Positions 12,996 through 25,181 are shown, numbered from the stretch's first letter. The stretch: DNA of 64,000 bases from Lepidodermella squamata (GCA_047495785.1 JBLDXI010000032.1:4340001-4404000), one strand, 5' to 3'. Translations and numbers: made by a program. The notes: generated from the sequence alone by a model not told the origin.

Positions 12996-13528
12996 ATGAT
13001 GAAGCTAGCTATCGCAATTTCTGCCATTATTGCTCTCGGCTTGATCGACCAAGCCCTAGGTACCGTTTTGTTGATCCAATGATGGGATGATTTTTCAATG
13101 TACAATTTTTACAGCTGTCAAATGCATCGTTCACGGCCAAGTGACGACTAACGCAGTCCCTGGTAATGCTACATCTTGCAACGGTGACTATTGCTACAAG
13201 ACCTTGGTGGTGCAAGACAGCAAGAACTTCACCACCCGAGGCTGCTCTTCGATGTGCATGAGTTAGTTGTGCTAATAACGTAATTATTTCATAATTTAAT
13301 CTTGTTATTTGCAGCCGGAGGCGTTAAGATCAGCGAAAAGTCTGCACAGAATCAATATTGCTGCTCAATGGGGTGAGTTCACTTGAGTTCGAAGTATTGC
13401 ACGACATCGCTCATCTCATTTTTTCATCCAGTGACAATTGCAACTCTGCTCGTGGAGCCTTCTCGACTGACTTTGTCCTCCCCGTCGTCATCGCAACTGC
13501 TGCCGCTTTCGTCGCTTTCCGCCGATGA
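12996..13528 (+). CDS. Three-finger (Ly6/uPAR/Quiver-like) GPI-anchored protein TF1, 4 exons
   Basis: Spliced: MMKLAIAISAIIALGLIDQAL-AVKCIVHG...SCNGDYCYK...TTRGCSSMC...QYCCSMGDNCN-SARG...AFVAFRR*. Signal peptide, 8-Cys pattern ending CCxxxxCN, hydrophobic C-terminus. Confidence 0.88.
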
Positions 13529-13869
13529 ACTCGTGATCAACAATAATAAAATCCTGAAATTAATGATCCCTTGAACCCTGATCAAAAAATAAGTGCTTAA
13601 TTCAGCTAAATTCAAATAAATGCGGATTCAGCTGGGGAATTTATTTTGTTTTGGATTCGACTGAAGGTAAATGCAGTGAGCTCAACAGTATTGATTTTTT
13701 TCTGTAGTGCAGAGCTGCCGTGACGAATAATTATTATTCCAGTAATTTTTTTGTAAAAGTACTTTTGTTATGACCGTCGCTGTCTCAAGAGGGCCATTCA
13801 CACGGATAAAAAACGTAATAAAAATCTGCGATTTTTCTTGGAGCAAATATTTGATCTATTTTATGGGAA

Positions 13870-15223
13870 ATGATTGTCTTCGGGAACTTCCTTACGCTAT
13901 CAATCATCAGCTGTTTGGCTAGGTTCGGGAAGGCCTGGAATTTCTCATCCGGCACGCCGACAATCGAACTGAAAGAGCGATTCTTTGAATTGTGCCCAAT
14001 AGCCAAGGGCAGCAATCTACCAACCGATTGGCAGCTGCTCAACAAAAATTTCTCAGATCCGATCGTCATCTACATTTACACTTCAATTGCAATCATCAGT
14101 GAAGTCAACGATGTAGAAATGAGGTGTGCAGTATTAACTTGCGACCAACTGAGATAATATATTATTTTTTGTAATATCGATCAATTTAAGCATGACTGCC
14201 ATGATGCTGTTCGCTGTTCAGTGGTTTCCACCTTGCAAGCGGGATTTTCGAAAAGAGCTCTTGCCCGGTTACCAGAACGTGTCCGAGACTTTGCTTAGTA
14301 GGATGGGCTTCGAAATCCCGAGGGAGGATATTTGGTTCCCTGACATGCAGCACATCAACGGCATCGGCAACACGCGTCCCTTCAGACAGTAAGTGCTGCC
14401 ACAACTGTTGTCCCTATTCATAAAAAAACGCATACCTATGCAGGGAGCCGAGAATAACTGTGAGGCTTTTTGCTAATCCGCCTCGATTTCGCCTGCAGGT
14501 AATCGACCGAGTTACGTCGAAATGCTTTGGGTTCAATTTTCAAAAGTTTCCGTTCGACACGGCCTCGTGCACGTTCGAATACGAGCATGACAATAAGGCG
14601 AACGAAGCATCAATTAGTATGAAACTGGCGGCAATAAATGAAGACTACGAGCCGCTTCGGGAAGACGACATCTGGGAGTTCGTGGATTACAACGGGACCG
14701 TTTCAATGGTTTCATCTTATCATCACGCAACTTTCATGCTGACGATCAGACGAAAATACAAATATTACGGTAAATATTTATGATAAACTCATTATTAATG
14801 ATTTATCTTGTTCAAGTTGGGAACATCTTCGTTCCAACAATAGCGCTGTACCTGCTACAAGTTGTCGGCTTAGTCATGGCCCCTCATCATCCCGATCGCC
14901 CGACATTTTGTGTCACCGTCAATTTGGCTGTGGCGGTTTTGCAGACGATGGTTGCAGACCTGATCCCGCGAACATCGCAGGACGTCTATGCAATGGATAT
15001 TTTAGTCGCTTTGATGATAATTTGCCTGATAATCACGGTGTACACGCTAATTTCCTGCTCAGCTGGTGAGGCGAAAGCACTACGCCGCCACAAAATTTGG
15101 CGCTCCAAGGACGGATCATGGAGCCTCAGCGTCGTCCGTGTCGGGGACATTGTCGTCGGAGCTCTGTCCCTAACCTCAGGGCTAGGAGTCCTGTTCTACT
15201 ACGGGTACAAAATGACAAATTGA
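13870..15223 (+). CDS. Divergent Cys-loop (pentameric ligand-gated) ion channel subunit 1, 4 exons
   Basis: Signal peptide, IWFPD motif, Cys-loop CFGFNFQKFPFDTASC, TIRRK..YY pre-M1, M1 IFVPT, M2 PDRPTFCVTVNLAV, M2-M3 IPRTS, four TM segments. Confidence 0.85.
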
Positions 15224-15319
15224 AGTCAGATATTTCAATTTCACTGCTTTAATCGCAACCTATCAGCTGTGATAAATGATGTAATAAAATTCATTGCGAT
15301 GAGTCATAATGCTCGCAGA

Positions 15320-15820
15320 TCATAGGTTTTTGAGATAGATGAGAAACGGAGCTGCAAGGCTGAGGGCAGGACAGAAAGATGTTGGGAGCAGCACTGGTGC
15401 GAAATTGCAACCACTCCTGAATGTCTCATGTGAGAAAATGATCGACAATTTAATGACGATTCAACTTACAAGCTTGAGCAGCAGAAAGTTGTCGATGTGA
15501 AAGAAATCGGACTGCCGGGCTCAGATGATACAGAATCTACCTCAACTAGTAGCATTAAACTTTAGGCTAGCTTGTATTCCGATATAAATAAATTCTTTTA
15601 TACTTGCACAGTCTGAACAGCCTCGGGATGTCAGGGTACCCGTGCTTCGCTTCTCGAACAGCTTGTAGCAGTTTCTGCTCTTGCATGTCGTCGCATTTTG
15701 CGGCACTTCGTTAGAATTCGGCACTGGATCATGCTTGACGCAGTCGAGGAAGACCACCTGGCTCGATGCTACATCGATTGAAATAACTAAAGCAAAAGCA
15801 ACAAAGCTTAAACGCGACAT
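15320..15820 (-). CDS. Three-finger GPI-anchored protein TF2, 3 exons
   Basis: MSRLSFVAFALVISIDVASS..LDCVKHD..TCKSRNCYK..SRGCSDC..TFCCSSLSGCN..ALSLAAPFLIYLKNL*. Confidence 0.85.
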
Positions 15821-16021
15821 GTTGAGCATTTGCTGTAACGAAATGTTTTGCGGCTTCCTGCCGCCTGCGAAGCCTAATCGGATTAGGTAAACCAGCCGCA
15901 TTCTGCTTTCACCAAATATACCAGCAAAACAACAGCCGAAAAAATAAGAGAGCATTTACCGTTTTCATAAAAGAATGTGTTTATTTATTTTGATATCTCG
16001 GCAGGTGAAATGTAATTTTTA

Positions 16022-16524
16022 TTAAACAGTTAAGGATGCTTGTCGTAGTATGAATAGCCATAAGAGTAGAGCTGTCAGCGTGATAACACCAGCGCCAACA
16101 TTAGCAGCGCTATTGCAGTTGTCCCTAAAATTTAAAATATAATGGCGCCATATATAACCTCTAGGACTTACCCGGAGGAGCAGCAATAAGTTGTCGCCAT
16201 GACATTCTGGCCCCCTGGTTGCATAGAGGATGCTGTTTGAATGTGTCCTGATGATGAATCAAAAATTATGGTATGGCTATCCTGTTGAGCAGTTCAGCTT
16301 ATACCTTCGCAGGACGCGCAACCGCGGCTTACAAACGAGGTGCTGCCTCTAATTTCGACAAGTTTGAAGCATTTTAGGCCCTTGCAAGATTTAGCACTGG
16401 CCATGTCGAAACCATTTGCATCAACTTTCCCATGCATGATGCAGTCGAGTTTACCTATCATTGCTGTTGCACAAACGACAGTTAAGCTAAGCCATACAAC
16501 GCCTCGAGCAAGCAAGCTCCACAT
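16022..16524 (-). CDS. Three-finger GPI-anchored protein TF3, 3 exons
   Basis: MWSLLARGVVWLSLTVVCATA..LDCIMHG..SCKGLKCFK..SRGCASC..TYCCSSGDNCN..LTALLLWLFIL..*. Confidence 0.87.
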
Positions 16525-16921
16525 TTGCGATTATTCGGGGAAAAACAGATGAAACAGCTTTATCATCGATTGATTGTGCGCCTTTATCTTTCAAATATTC
16601 GCCGATGGTCAAGGTTTATTGCTCTCATTGTAATAAAGATTGCCTCGCATCGGTCGGCTGAGTGCCAAATTTTCATGAAAGAGAGGCAAACTCTCAATTA
16701 GGTACCATTATTACTATGACGAAGTGAGGCTAGATTACATTTGTACGTCACCTCTTTTATTTTAAGACAGATCTTTAGATAGTTTTCTACCATCGCGCAC
16801 AAGGAAGTTGTTGAAATCATCACATCAATATCAAATTTTCATAAAATGCAGCCATTATTACTAGAAATAATATGAATATATATTTATGATCGTGCTGGAA
16901 ACTTATGATGGGATACAGCTT

Positions 16922-17468
16922 TTAGGAGATAATACAGCGTTTGCCCATCACAATGACGCCCATCGCAACAGCGACGTAGACGAAGAGTTCGGACACGCTG
17001 AACACGATTGTTGACGCTGGGTTGCAGTTATCTCTGTTTAAATTAAAAAAAATGAATTTTAAACCCGCGGAATCATTTTGAAACTTACGAGGCGCAGCAG
17101 GTAATGACGGTTGTCGAGTTGGTGGTGTTGAGCTGAGCGCCTATAATTTTAAGCAATAATTTTTAAGATAGCTTTTTTGGATGGCAGAAATCCTAACCGA
17201 TGCAGGTTGTGGCGCAGCCGCGGGTAGCGTAAGTTCCGAGGGTAACAGTGGTCACTGAAAGGTAGCAGTAGTTATCAGTGCAGCTTGTCGCGTTGCTAGG
17301 CGCTGCCGACTGTGTGTTCCAGGTAGCGTTATGAGATTTGCAAGTGATGGCTGCAAGAGAAAATTAGTTCATCAGAGGAATTGATATCGCGAAATCGCCT
17401 ATACCTTGGCTGCCTGCGATGAAGGAGCAGGCGACGAAGAGGCCGAGCGAGAACGCGATGTTGTTCAT
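16922..17468 (-). CDS. Three-finger GPI-anchored protein TF4, 4 exons
   Basis: MNNIAFSLGLFVACSFIAGSQ..ITCKSH..SCTDNYCY..TRGCATTC..TCCASDNCN..LFVYVAVAMGVIVM..*; absent from the ORF track. Confidence 0.87.
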
Positions 17469-18353
17469 GGTTTATTCGCAAGAAAATCTCAAGTATTAAA
17501 TTCAAACTAAAACGGGATAATAACTTTGTAGCGACTGAGAACTTTAATTATAATTCGTAAGTATATTAACCGGGCTATAAAGTGGCGCCCGCGATTATTG
17601 TGTTGAATGGTGGCGGTGTGCTGGTTGATGAACAGGTGGGCGGCCAAATAACCGCGTGTGCGTCGATCTTCTTCTCCAGCCCTCTTGTTTATCATCTATC
17701 TCTATCACTATCTTATACAGTTAATACACACCAACGCTTCAAAATAACAAGAGATACCAGCACCAAAGAAAAGTAGGCGGCCGTACACCGGCAGCACCGC
17801 GTAATTTGAAACAATAGATTTTTTTATTCGCGCACTAATTATGTTTTTTACTAAGGAAAAAAGTCGCTCCAATAAATGTACTACATCCGAACTGAAGCTT
17901 GGGGTAAATTAATATGAAGCGTAATGAGAAAGGACTTGATAATATAATGAAATGATATGAATACCTACAACGAGTGGGTTTACGTCTCGATGTGAGCGCA
18001 TCTGGTTTAAAACTTTGACCTGTCTGACATGATTTTTTTTACACTTACAACTTTCGCCTGGAAATTCGTTATAGATCTGAAAACTGCGTGGTGATTTCTG
18101 GATCATTTCAAGCTTCGGCATCAAATGTACTCTACGATAAAAATGATGAAAGACGCCAAGATGTTGTTACATGAATATCGTTTTTATTTTTGAAAAAATA
18201 TCTAGTTTGGCTGACGATGATTTCACAATCTTTCCTTGTGCGCGGCTACGGCGAAGATTTACGAGAAATAACACATATATTATTTACATGCAATAAACCA
18301 ATCGCGTGGCGATCAGGTTTAAATATTATCATGACAATTAAGATAGGTGACAT

Positions 18354-18907
18354 CTATCGGCGGAAAGCGATCGCGAGGCCGAGAAACGCTGTCGCCATGG
18401 CGGCGATAAGAGGCGCTAGTCCAGTTCCAAGAGTGTTGCCAGCGTTGCAGTTGTCACTGTTCGGAAAAAGCGGAAAAATTAGCAATTCATCAGACGAGAA
18501 AATTGAATGCAAAACTAACGCATCATTGCAGCAGTAGTAGGAGCTGGTGACACCGCTGGAGTTGACGCTGCCTGGGAGACAAGCGTTAGCGCAGCCACGA
18601 ACTCGGTAGTAGGTGCCATCAGAGGCGACAGATTCGGTTTTCTGATAAAAGCAACATCACATTAGCATTTAGTCTTTGTTACGTCGGAATAAGAAACTAA
18701 CGTAGCAAATTGTTCCGGTGCACGAGGTTGTGACAGTCGATCCGTTGCTGGCTTGTGTCGTCGAATAGCATGTCATGGCTAAAATGAAGCGCAAAATGTT
18801 CGGTTACAGTATTGATTTCGCATCATAAGCAGATGTGGTATACCAAATGTGTGTTGAGCAACGAAGGCGAGGCCGAGAACCAGGGTGACACAAATTGCAG
18901 AGTGCAT
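18354..18907 (-). CDS. Three-finger GPI-anchored protein TF5, 4 exons
   Basis: MHSAICVTLVLGLAFVAQHTF..MTCYST..SCTGTICYK..VRGCANAC..YYCCNDADNCN..LIAAMATAFLGLAIAFRR*. Confidence 0.87.
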
Positions 18908-20185
18908 TTCTTTTTCGCAAGGCGTTGCTCGATTTAACGTATTAAAAGTCTAATTTGGAAGAAATAACTATTTGAAAATGATTTGAAATGTTGACAATAT
19001 AGCCGGAGTGTTTCACTATTATGAAGCCGCGGCGTAGGCGCTCTGCTGCGTGGTTTTTTTCGCAGTTTCTACACTAATGGCGCCCTGTTTATCTAGATAA
19101 CGCTCATCTGCCCGCACCAGCCATTCGCGTGTGTAGCTATAATACACTCCTTGTTTATTCGCTGTCGTACTGCTGCCTATTAGGCGGTTGATAAAACATC
19201 TCATGCTTTTACCTTCGTTAATTGAAAATCCTCGAGGGTGTAGACAGGAAAGTGTTTATACTCATTTAAAAACCCGAAAATTAGTAGGCTTCAAGCGAAG
19301 GAGGGCGCGTATATGCTCAACGCCAACGCCTTACGCTAGATATTGTACTGAAGATGATGATTACGAAGTGAGGGAACTTGTTATGATTAACTGAAGGTTA
19401 AGCCAAATCCATGAATGAGTGGTGTCAAGCGTGCAACTATTGTAAGTATCTATCTCCTGAAAAAAATTAGAAAAAAAACTAAAATGATAATTGACAATGA
19501 AGTGAAATGATAATGGTTCTATTAATAGTTTGTGCGACTGAACGGCATGTACCGTTTCCGGTTTTGGAGAGGGTGAAGGCGGCAAAACAATGGTCATCGC
19601 CCACCACCACTGTATAGCAGATTTTAATTGTTTCCAATAATTTTACACTTCTCAATCGAGTTCACAATCATTTTCAAATGAAAGCTCCTGCGCTTGAAAC
19701 AAGGCACAAAATTGCATACGCCCTATCTCATTAATCAATTTTCAATTTTTCAAAGTTCGAGCTCTCAACAATGGGGTTTATTACCTCTTGTCAAGCTGCC
19801 CTCTTTTGGGCGTTAAAGCTTATAAATAAATAAATTATGCTCAATAACAAAATAAATAAATAATTTTGACCCAACTTGCTGTTGAAGATGAATTAAAACC
19901 AGCTTGGCATATCCATTCGGCGAAGCTTCTGTTAAAGTAATACAGCAGAAAAACTCGATTGGCATACAATTTTTAACTTTTATTCTTTTATTCACAAATT
20001 AAATGCATGAAGGCTAGACTCAAAGAAATAGATCGAATAGAACTGAAAAGTAAGAAATCAACGAATAAAAATAAAGATCTCGGCGCAAAAATAAAGGGCA
20101 ATAATTATACTGTAAATTTTAAACAGGTTTTTCTACTGTCAACATTATTTTGATCGAGGTTTATTTGATATGTATATACACGCGT

Positions 20186-23100
20186 TTACTCGTACTTCTC
20201 AGCGAGCGCTAGGCCCGACGACACCATGCCGACAACGCAAATGATGCAGCCGAAGACGATGAGGAACACATCGAAGGCAACGGTCCAGTAGCTGAGCTGC
20301 GAGCGCAGCAATTTGATGTGGAACCAGCAAGGCCAGACCAGCGCCAGCATCGTGCCGGTGAATGAGCCGATGAAGCTCATCAGAATCGAAAAATGCGGCA
20401 CGAACAGCGCGACGAGCAGCGTGCCGACGATGAGGCCGGCGCGCGCGAAAATCGCCCACGGCTTGAGGCGCGCATCGCCCATCGTCGAGTCGCCGTAACA
20501 CGACGGGAAAATGGCGTCCGAATTCACCTGGTCCGATGAGGCGAAGAAGATGTCGCCGAGGATTTCGACCGATGTGAAGTACGGCAGCGGGTACGTGAGG
20601 AGCGCTTTCAGTATCAGAATTAAATTGACGATAGCCTTGAGGCCGCTGCCGGGTAGGTTGTTCGTGATGGCCTCTTTCGTTTCGTTGCCGAACGTCAAGA
20701 AAGGAATGTAGGCAAAAACGAGCTTCATTATTGACGCGGCGACAAATGTCCACTTAAGCATGGGCCAAAATTGGCGAGGCTCGGACATGTTTTCCTCGGT
20801 GAGCGGTAGAAAAATCTGCGCGACATTGCTGGACAAAATGAGACCCATCGCAAGGGCTATCGATTTGATGTTCAGGTCAAACTTCACCGCAGACCACTAA
20901 AATGAAAACAAATAGCAATATTAAAGCTTCGAATTTCACCCAACCAGAGTGCTCGAGTGGTTTAAGAGGTCAGACTTAAGATCTGATGGGAGTAATCCCG
21001 CGTGGGTTCGAACCCCACCTCTGGTAACACCATTTTTTTCCGTCCCGGAAGGCAACAAAATAATCAATGAAATAAATTATCAATAAAATGAATTAAGAAT
21101 TAAGAACTAAGGTAGATTTTCTAACTAGTAAACAGTTTAGCACGAATCGAATCTTTCTGAGTATTGATAGATAATTTATCTATCAATACTCAGAAAGATT
21201 CGATTCGTGCTAAACTGTTTACTAGTTAGAAAATCTACCTTAATTCGGTAGCTAATATGTTTCTAGCTTTGGTTTTAATATAATTGAATAATCCAACTCT
21301 AAATGAATTAAGTTAATATTTAATTTTAGTCGATCTGGCTTATAGCGCTTAGTATCTTAGGTATAGAGATTCCTTTAAGATTCGGCCCAGACATAAAATA
21401 GTCCAGCAAGGAAAACTCGATAATAACTAACCTGCCATTCAGAAATGTGAATGAGACAGTAACCGATGACGGCTACCATCATGACACCATGAACAGCCAT
21501 ACAGGCCGCTGAGATCCACGCGAGATGTTTAATGTTCTGCAAGAATGCATAGGGCAGCACGAGGATGCCGGAGATGAGGATCCACGTGTAGATGGTGAGG
21601 TCGGGGCCGGGGAACGAATCGCCGAGCAGGTCGCCGCACAGCACCAGGTAGATGACGCATGTCATGAGCAGCTCCGCTAGCTGGCTGAAATTAACGAGAG
21701 AAGGGCCTAGGCGACGGCCGAACACCGTGGCCGCCACCTCGGAGTAGGTGCGGCGAATGCGCACCCGCCCGCCCACGCCGTCCTGCTCGTACAGGCAGTC
21801 GACGAGAATGCGCCCCGTGTAACAGGCGACAGCGCCGAGGCCGAGAATGGCAGCGAGGGCCCAATAGCCGCCCTCGAGGACGGCGTATGGGAACCCGACG
21901 ACGAACATGCCCTGGATTGAGTTGTTGATGTTCCACGACGCCTCCCAGGCCGTGATGCGAGAATGCCGGCGTGCCCGCCCGTCGCCGAACTCTTCGAAGG
22001 TGTCCGACTCGGCGGTGCCTGAGCGTTTGAGGCTGTAGGCGCTGTCATCGGTGCCAATCACGCCGTAGCCGGTGTGCTGCACGTTTCGCTCGTCGTAGAG
22101 GCGAGATGTCTCGCGGGCGTTGCGGTGCTTACTCTGCGAGTCGTTGGCGCCGCCACCGCCGGTCTCCGACGCGCCACTGTCCGAGGCTGTTGACATGTTT
22201 ATCGGAGCTGTTGCGAGTACAAGAAATCAAAGTACGAAGCAAAAATTTAATAGAACAGACTCATTTAAATCATTGCCTATAAAAAATGCGATTTGAGTTC
22301 GTTATGGGCGTTACAAGTTCGTATAGTCCTTCGACAAGAAGCGAAATGATCTATCGACTAGATTTTTTCAATAAATATTTTCGTCTCAAAGATGTAAAAT
22401 AATGTCGCAAGGTTAATTTTGCTCTCTTCAGTGCCGCCGCTTGTGTCCTCAGCGGCACGGGGGTAAGACAGAGCAAGGAAGCAGCTAATAGCGTAGTTAT
22501 GACCGAAAACTACAGGCACAGCTACCTGGATCTTTAGCTGGGTGCGCACCTCAACTAGCAATTTTCAATATCCTGCAATTAAAATCGCAGGCTAAGGACT
22601 TTCCCTAATCATCACAGTGGACAACCGATTAATGTATCGAAGAACACTGAAAGATGCGTGAAGTGTGCTCATGAAAGGCAGAGAAGAGGCCATCATAACT
22701 GGGTCGTGGCAGAAAGTTTCCGAATCTCAGTTTTGAGTTAAAGACTATTTTCCGGCCTATAAAACGTAATTAACGATTTCCTATTATTACGGTTGGCACA
22801 AAAATACTGAAAACACTTTTATTGATGTAGCGTGCGGATTTGTGTTCGCTAATCGCCTGGCTCGAATCGATACGCGGCAGCTTAGAAGTACGGCATCATC
22901 ATCGCCATCGCCATCGTCGACGACGACGATGTAGATGATGATGATGATATGAACCGCGGTGGGAAAGCGAAAGAACGAGGAGGCGAAACGAACCTTGTTG
23001 CACATCGGCGCGGTTGCCGCTGTTGGTGCGGCCGCGCGCAGTCGACGGCGCGGCAAATTCACTGCTGCGACTCTCCGCGATACCGTAGTAGTCGGCGTCG

Positions 23101-23243
23101 TAGTTCGTGTGGTAGCCGATGACAGTTTTCCGATTGCCAGCCGCGGCATTAGGCCGCTGAGCGCCGCCGCCACCGCCTCCCTGCGCCGAGCTGCCATTAT
23201 CCGCCATCATCAGCCCGCTGCTTGTCAGATTTGTCAGCGACAT
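20186..23243 (-). CDS. SLC32A1: Vesicular inhibitory amino acid (GABA/glycine) transporter; exons 23243-22994 (inferred), 22207-21432, 20896-20186
   Basis: VGAT/UNC-47 signature ITAWEASWNINNSIQGMFVVGFPYA..GGY, ACYTGRILVDCLY, ELLMTCVIY, QIFLP, ITNNLP, KALLTYPLPY, PHFSILMSFIGSFTG. The upstream exon splices in frame (phase 1) but is less certain than the two main exons. Confidence 0.9.
20943..21026 (+). tRNA. trnL-TAA: tRNA-Leu(UAA), long variable arm, antisense inside VGAT intron 2
   Basis: Acceptor stem ACCAGAG/CTCTGGT plus discriminator A, D-loop AGTGG, anticodon arm TCAGA-CTTAAGA-TCTGA, variable arm, T arm GTGGG-TTCGAAC-CCCAC. Confidence 0.95.
21033..21039 (+). terminator. RNA polymerase III oligo-T terminator of tRNA-Leu
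   Basis: T7 run 6 nt after the tRNA 3' end. Confidence 0.75.
21108..21242. repeat. Perfect 135-bp palindrome (67-bp arms, 1-nt spacer); possible hairpin MITE
   Basis: 21108-21174 is the exact reverse complement of 21176-21242; the element begins and ends with TA. Confidence 0.95.
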
Positions 23244-24572
23244 TCAACTATTCGCCTATTACAACCGCAAGAACAAGAATAAAAGCTCGAGAAAGTCGTA
23301 CATATACAACAATGTTCGGAACTAGGTCGCTTATAGTGGCATAATTGGGGGAAATAATGTTTGGGAACTAGAAGAAAGTTGATGATAACACAGCTGCTTT
23401 TTGTGGTTGACAGGTTACTTTTAAGACCTTGAAAGCCTAGGATTATACAACGATCGTTCAGATATTTTGCTCACAAATGTTTTATTAGCAAAATCTATAT
23501 TAAATCTCCTCTAGTATTTCAATCTAATTGGCCGCAATGGAAGGTTTAATTTGAAAATGCATGGAAATATGAAACCCATACAACACGGATGTTTCATTCG
23601 GAGCGTTATTTATCAATGGAATTATCGGTTAGGTCGTCTCTATTCACAACAGCTGCCCTGCGTCCTACTTTTCACCGGTTAAATTACGAGTAAATAATGC
23701 GTGGATGATGGGCAGTGGGGCAATAAGAAACAGATCTGTTGAGTCTCATCGACCCAATAGATGCGTTGCTGTACGTTTGCGATGATGTCTAAATGAGTTT
23801 TTAATAATAAAAAAGAGCAGTCGATTCCACAACAGCCGCGTCGCCGACAGAGATTCCGCTCGGGAGTCGCTGGCGGTGCACAGTTTGCTCAATATTTTCG
23901 TGTAAACTTGGCACTGACTTGAGCTATCAACCCCGCGTTTTCATGAATGATTTTTAGTATTATACTGCCGCCGAGTGTTCTCATTGTATTACTATATTGT
24001 TTGATTTTCCGCGGATTTTTTTCTTTCCCTTGTCACGGTAAAACAGCGATGAGCGATGAGTCCGGCCGATCAGCTCTCAGTTCCATCGAGGCTCGGCCGG
24101 ATTAAGGACGCCAGCTATGATCTATATAGCGATCGGGTAAATACGCGGATCATTTCAAATGTATGACCACCTGTACTGTGGGAGTCAAATCGATTCGGAC
24201 GGGATGTGCGTTATTTGAGTATCGTAAAGCGCCGGTCCGGGGCTGCAGTCGACATGAAAATAATGACCTTCTAGGTTTTACTAATCCGACGATTTGCCAG
24301 CATAAACAGCGGTAACAGAAAATTGTGGAAATACAGCCATGTTCGTAAATATTCTCGTCTATTCACACCTGTCGTGTTTTATAAGGACAATAAGCTGAGG
24401 ACGAAAACATGATGACTCGAATAATTAATTGCTAATTGATAAAACAAAGCTACACACGGCACGCGTTAATGGATATGTTTAAAACAAAGCTCGAAGATAA
24501 TGATAAGCGGTGTTTAAGAGAAACAAAAAGTTTGTTTTCCTAAGAAAGTAGCAAATAACGTAACAAAGTAGA

Positions 24573-25181
24573 ATGACACTAGCGAGAAAACTTGCGATAA
24601 CTTTACTCAGTGCATCGCTGTTCGCTATCGGTTGCAAAGGTGATGAGCGGCTGCATCAAATATTTGAACCTTTAAATTTCTAATTTGACCCTCAAGGTTT
24701 GACCTGCAGTTGGAGCGCGGTTTATACCGATGCTATTCCAGCCACAACTTGTACCGGCGCCACCTCCTGCTACGTAAATATTGAATTCGAAGGATTCCTT
24801 AACAAATTCTGAAATTTTTCAATTATTAATTTGAAGAAACTCGTCCAATCAAGTAATGGCTTCATCTTGACAACTCGAGGATGCGGTTTGCTATTGAAAT
24901 ATATACATTGGAAAAATTCTTAACACACCTTGTTTTCCAGCAACTACTTGCGTCCAAGGGACAATGACCTCATCGGGAGGCACGGTGACCAACAGCTACT
25001 GCTGCGCAACTTCGTTAGTTTTTTAATCTATTAATAATCTTGGTCATTCGTTGCATCTTCTCCAAACAGGGACCAATGCAATTCAGCCGGAAATTTCAGA
25101 TACTCGTTTTTGAATGTGCTACTGTTACCAGCGACAGCGTTGATTCTAACATTTCATCTTGATTCAAAGCCAATATTTTAG
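24573..25181 (+). CDS. Three-finger GPI-anchored protein TF6, 5 exons
   Basis: MTLARKLAITLLSASLFAIGCKG-LTCSW..TCTGATSCYKLV..TRGCATTC..SYCCATSDQCN..VLLLPATALIL..*; absent from the ORF track. Confidence 0.87.

Noticed and set aside
19188-19740. Possible small spliced gene (donor-like GTGAGG 19368 and GTAAGT 19442, GC-richer patches)
   Set aside because: I could not assemble a consistent open frame or recognise a family; RNA-seq is needed.
21108-21242. CRISPR-like or prokaryotic terminator reading of the palindrome and other repeats
   Set aside because: A single inverted repeat with no repeat-spacer array and no cas genes, in eukaryotic context.
22893-22950. CAT/GAT/CGA triplet-rich tract that can fold back and gives poly-His/Arg/Asp ORFs
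   Set aside because: Low-complexity microsatellite in the inferred VGAT intron 1; the translated runs are artefacts.
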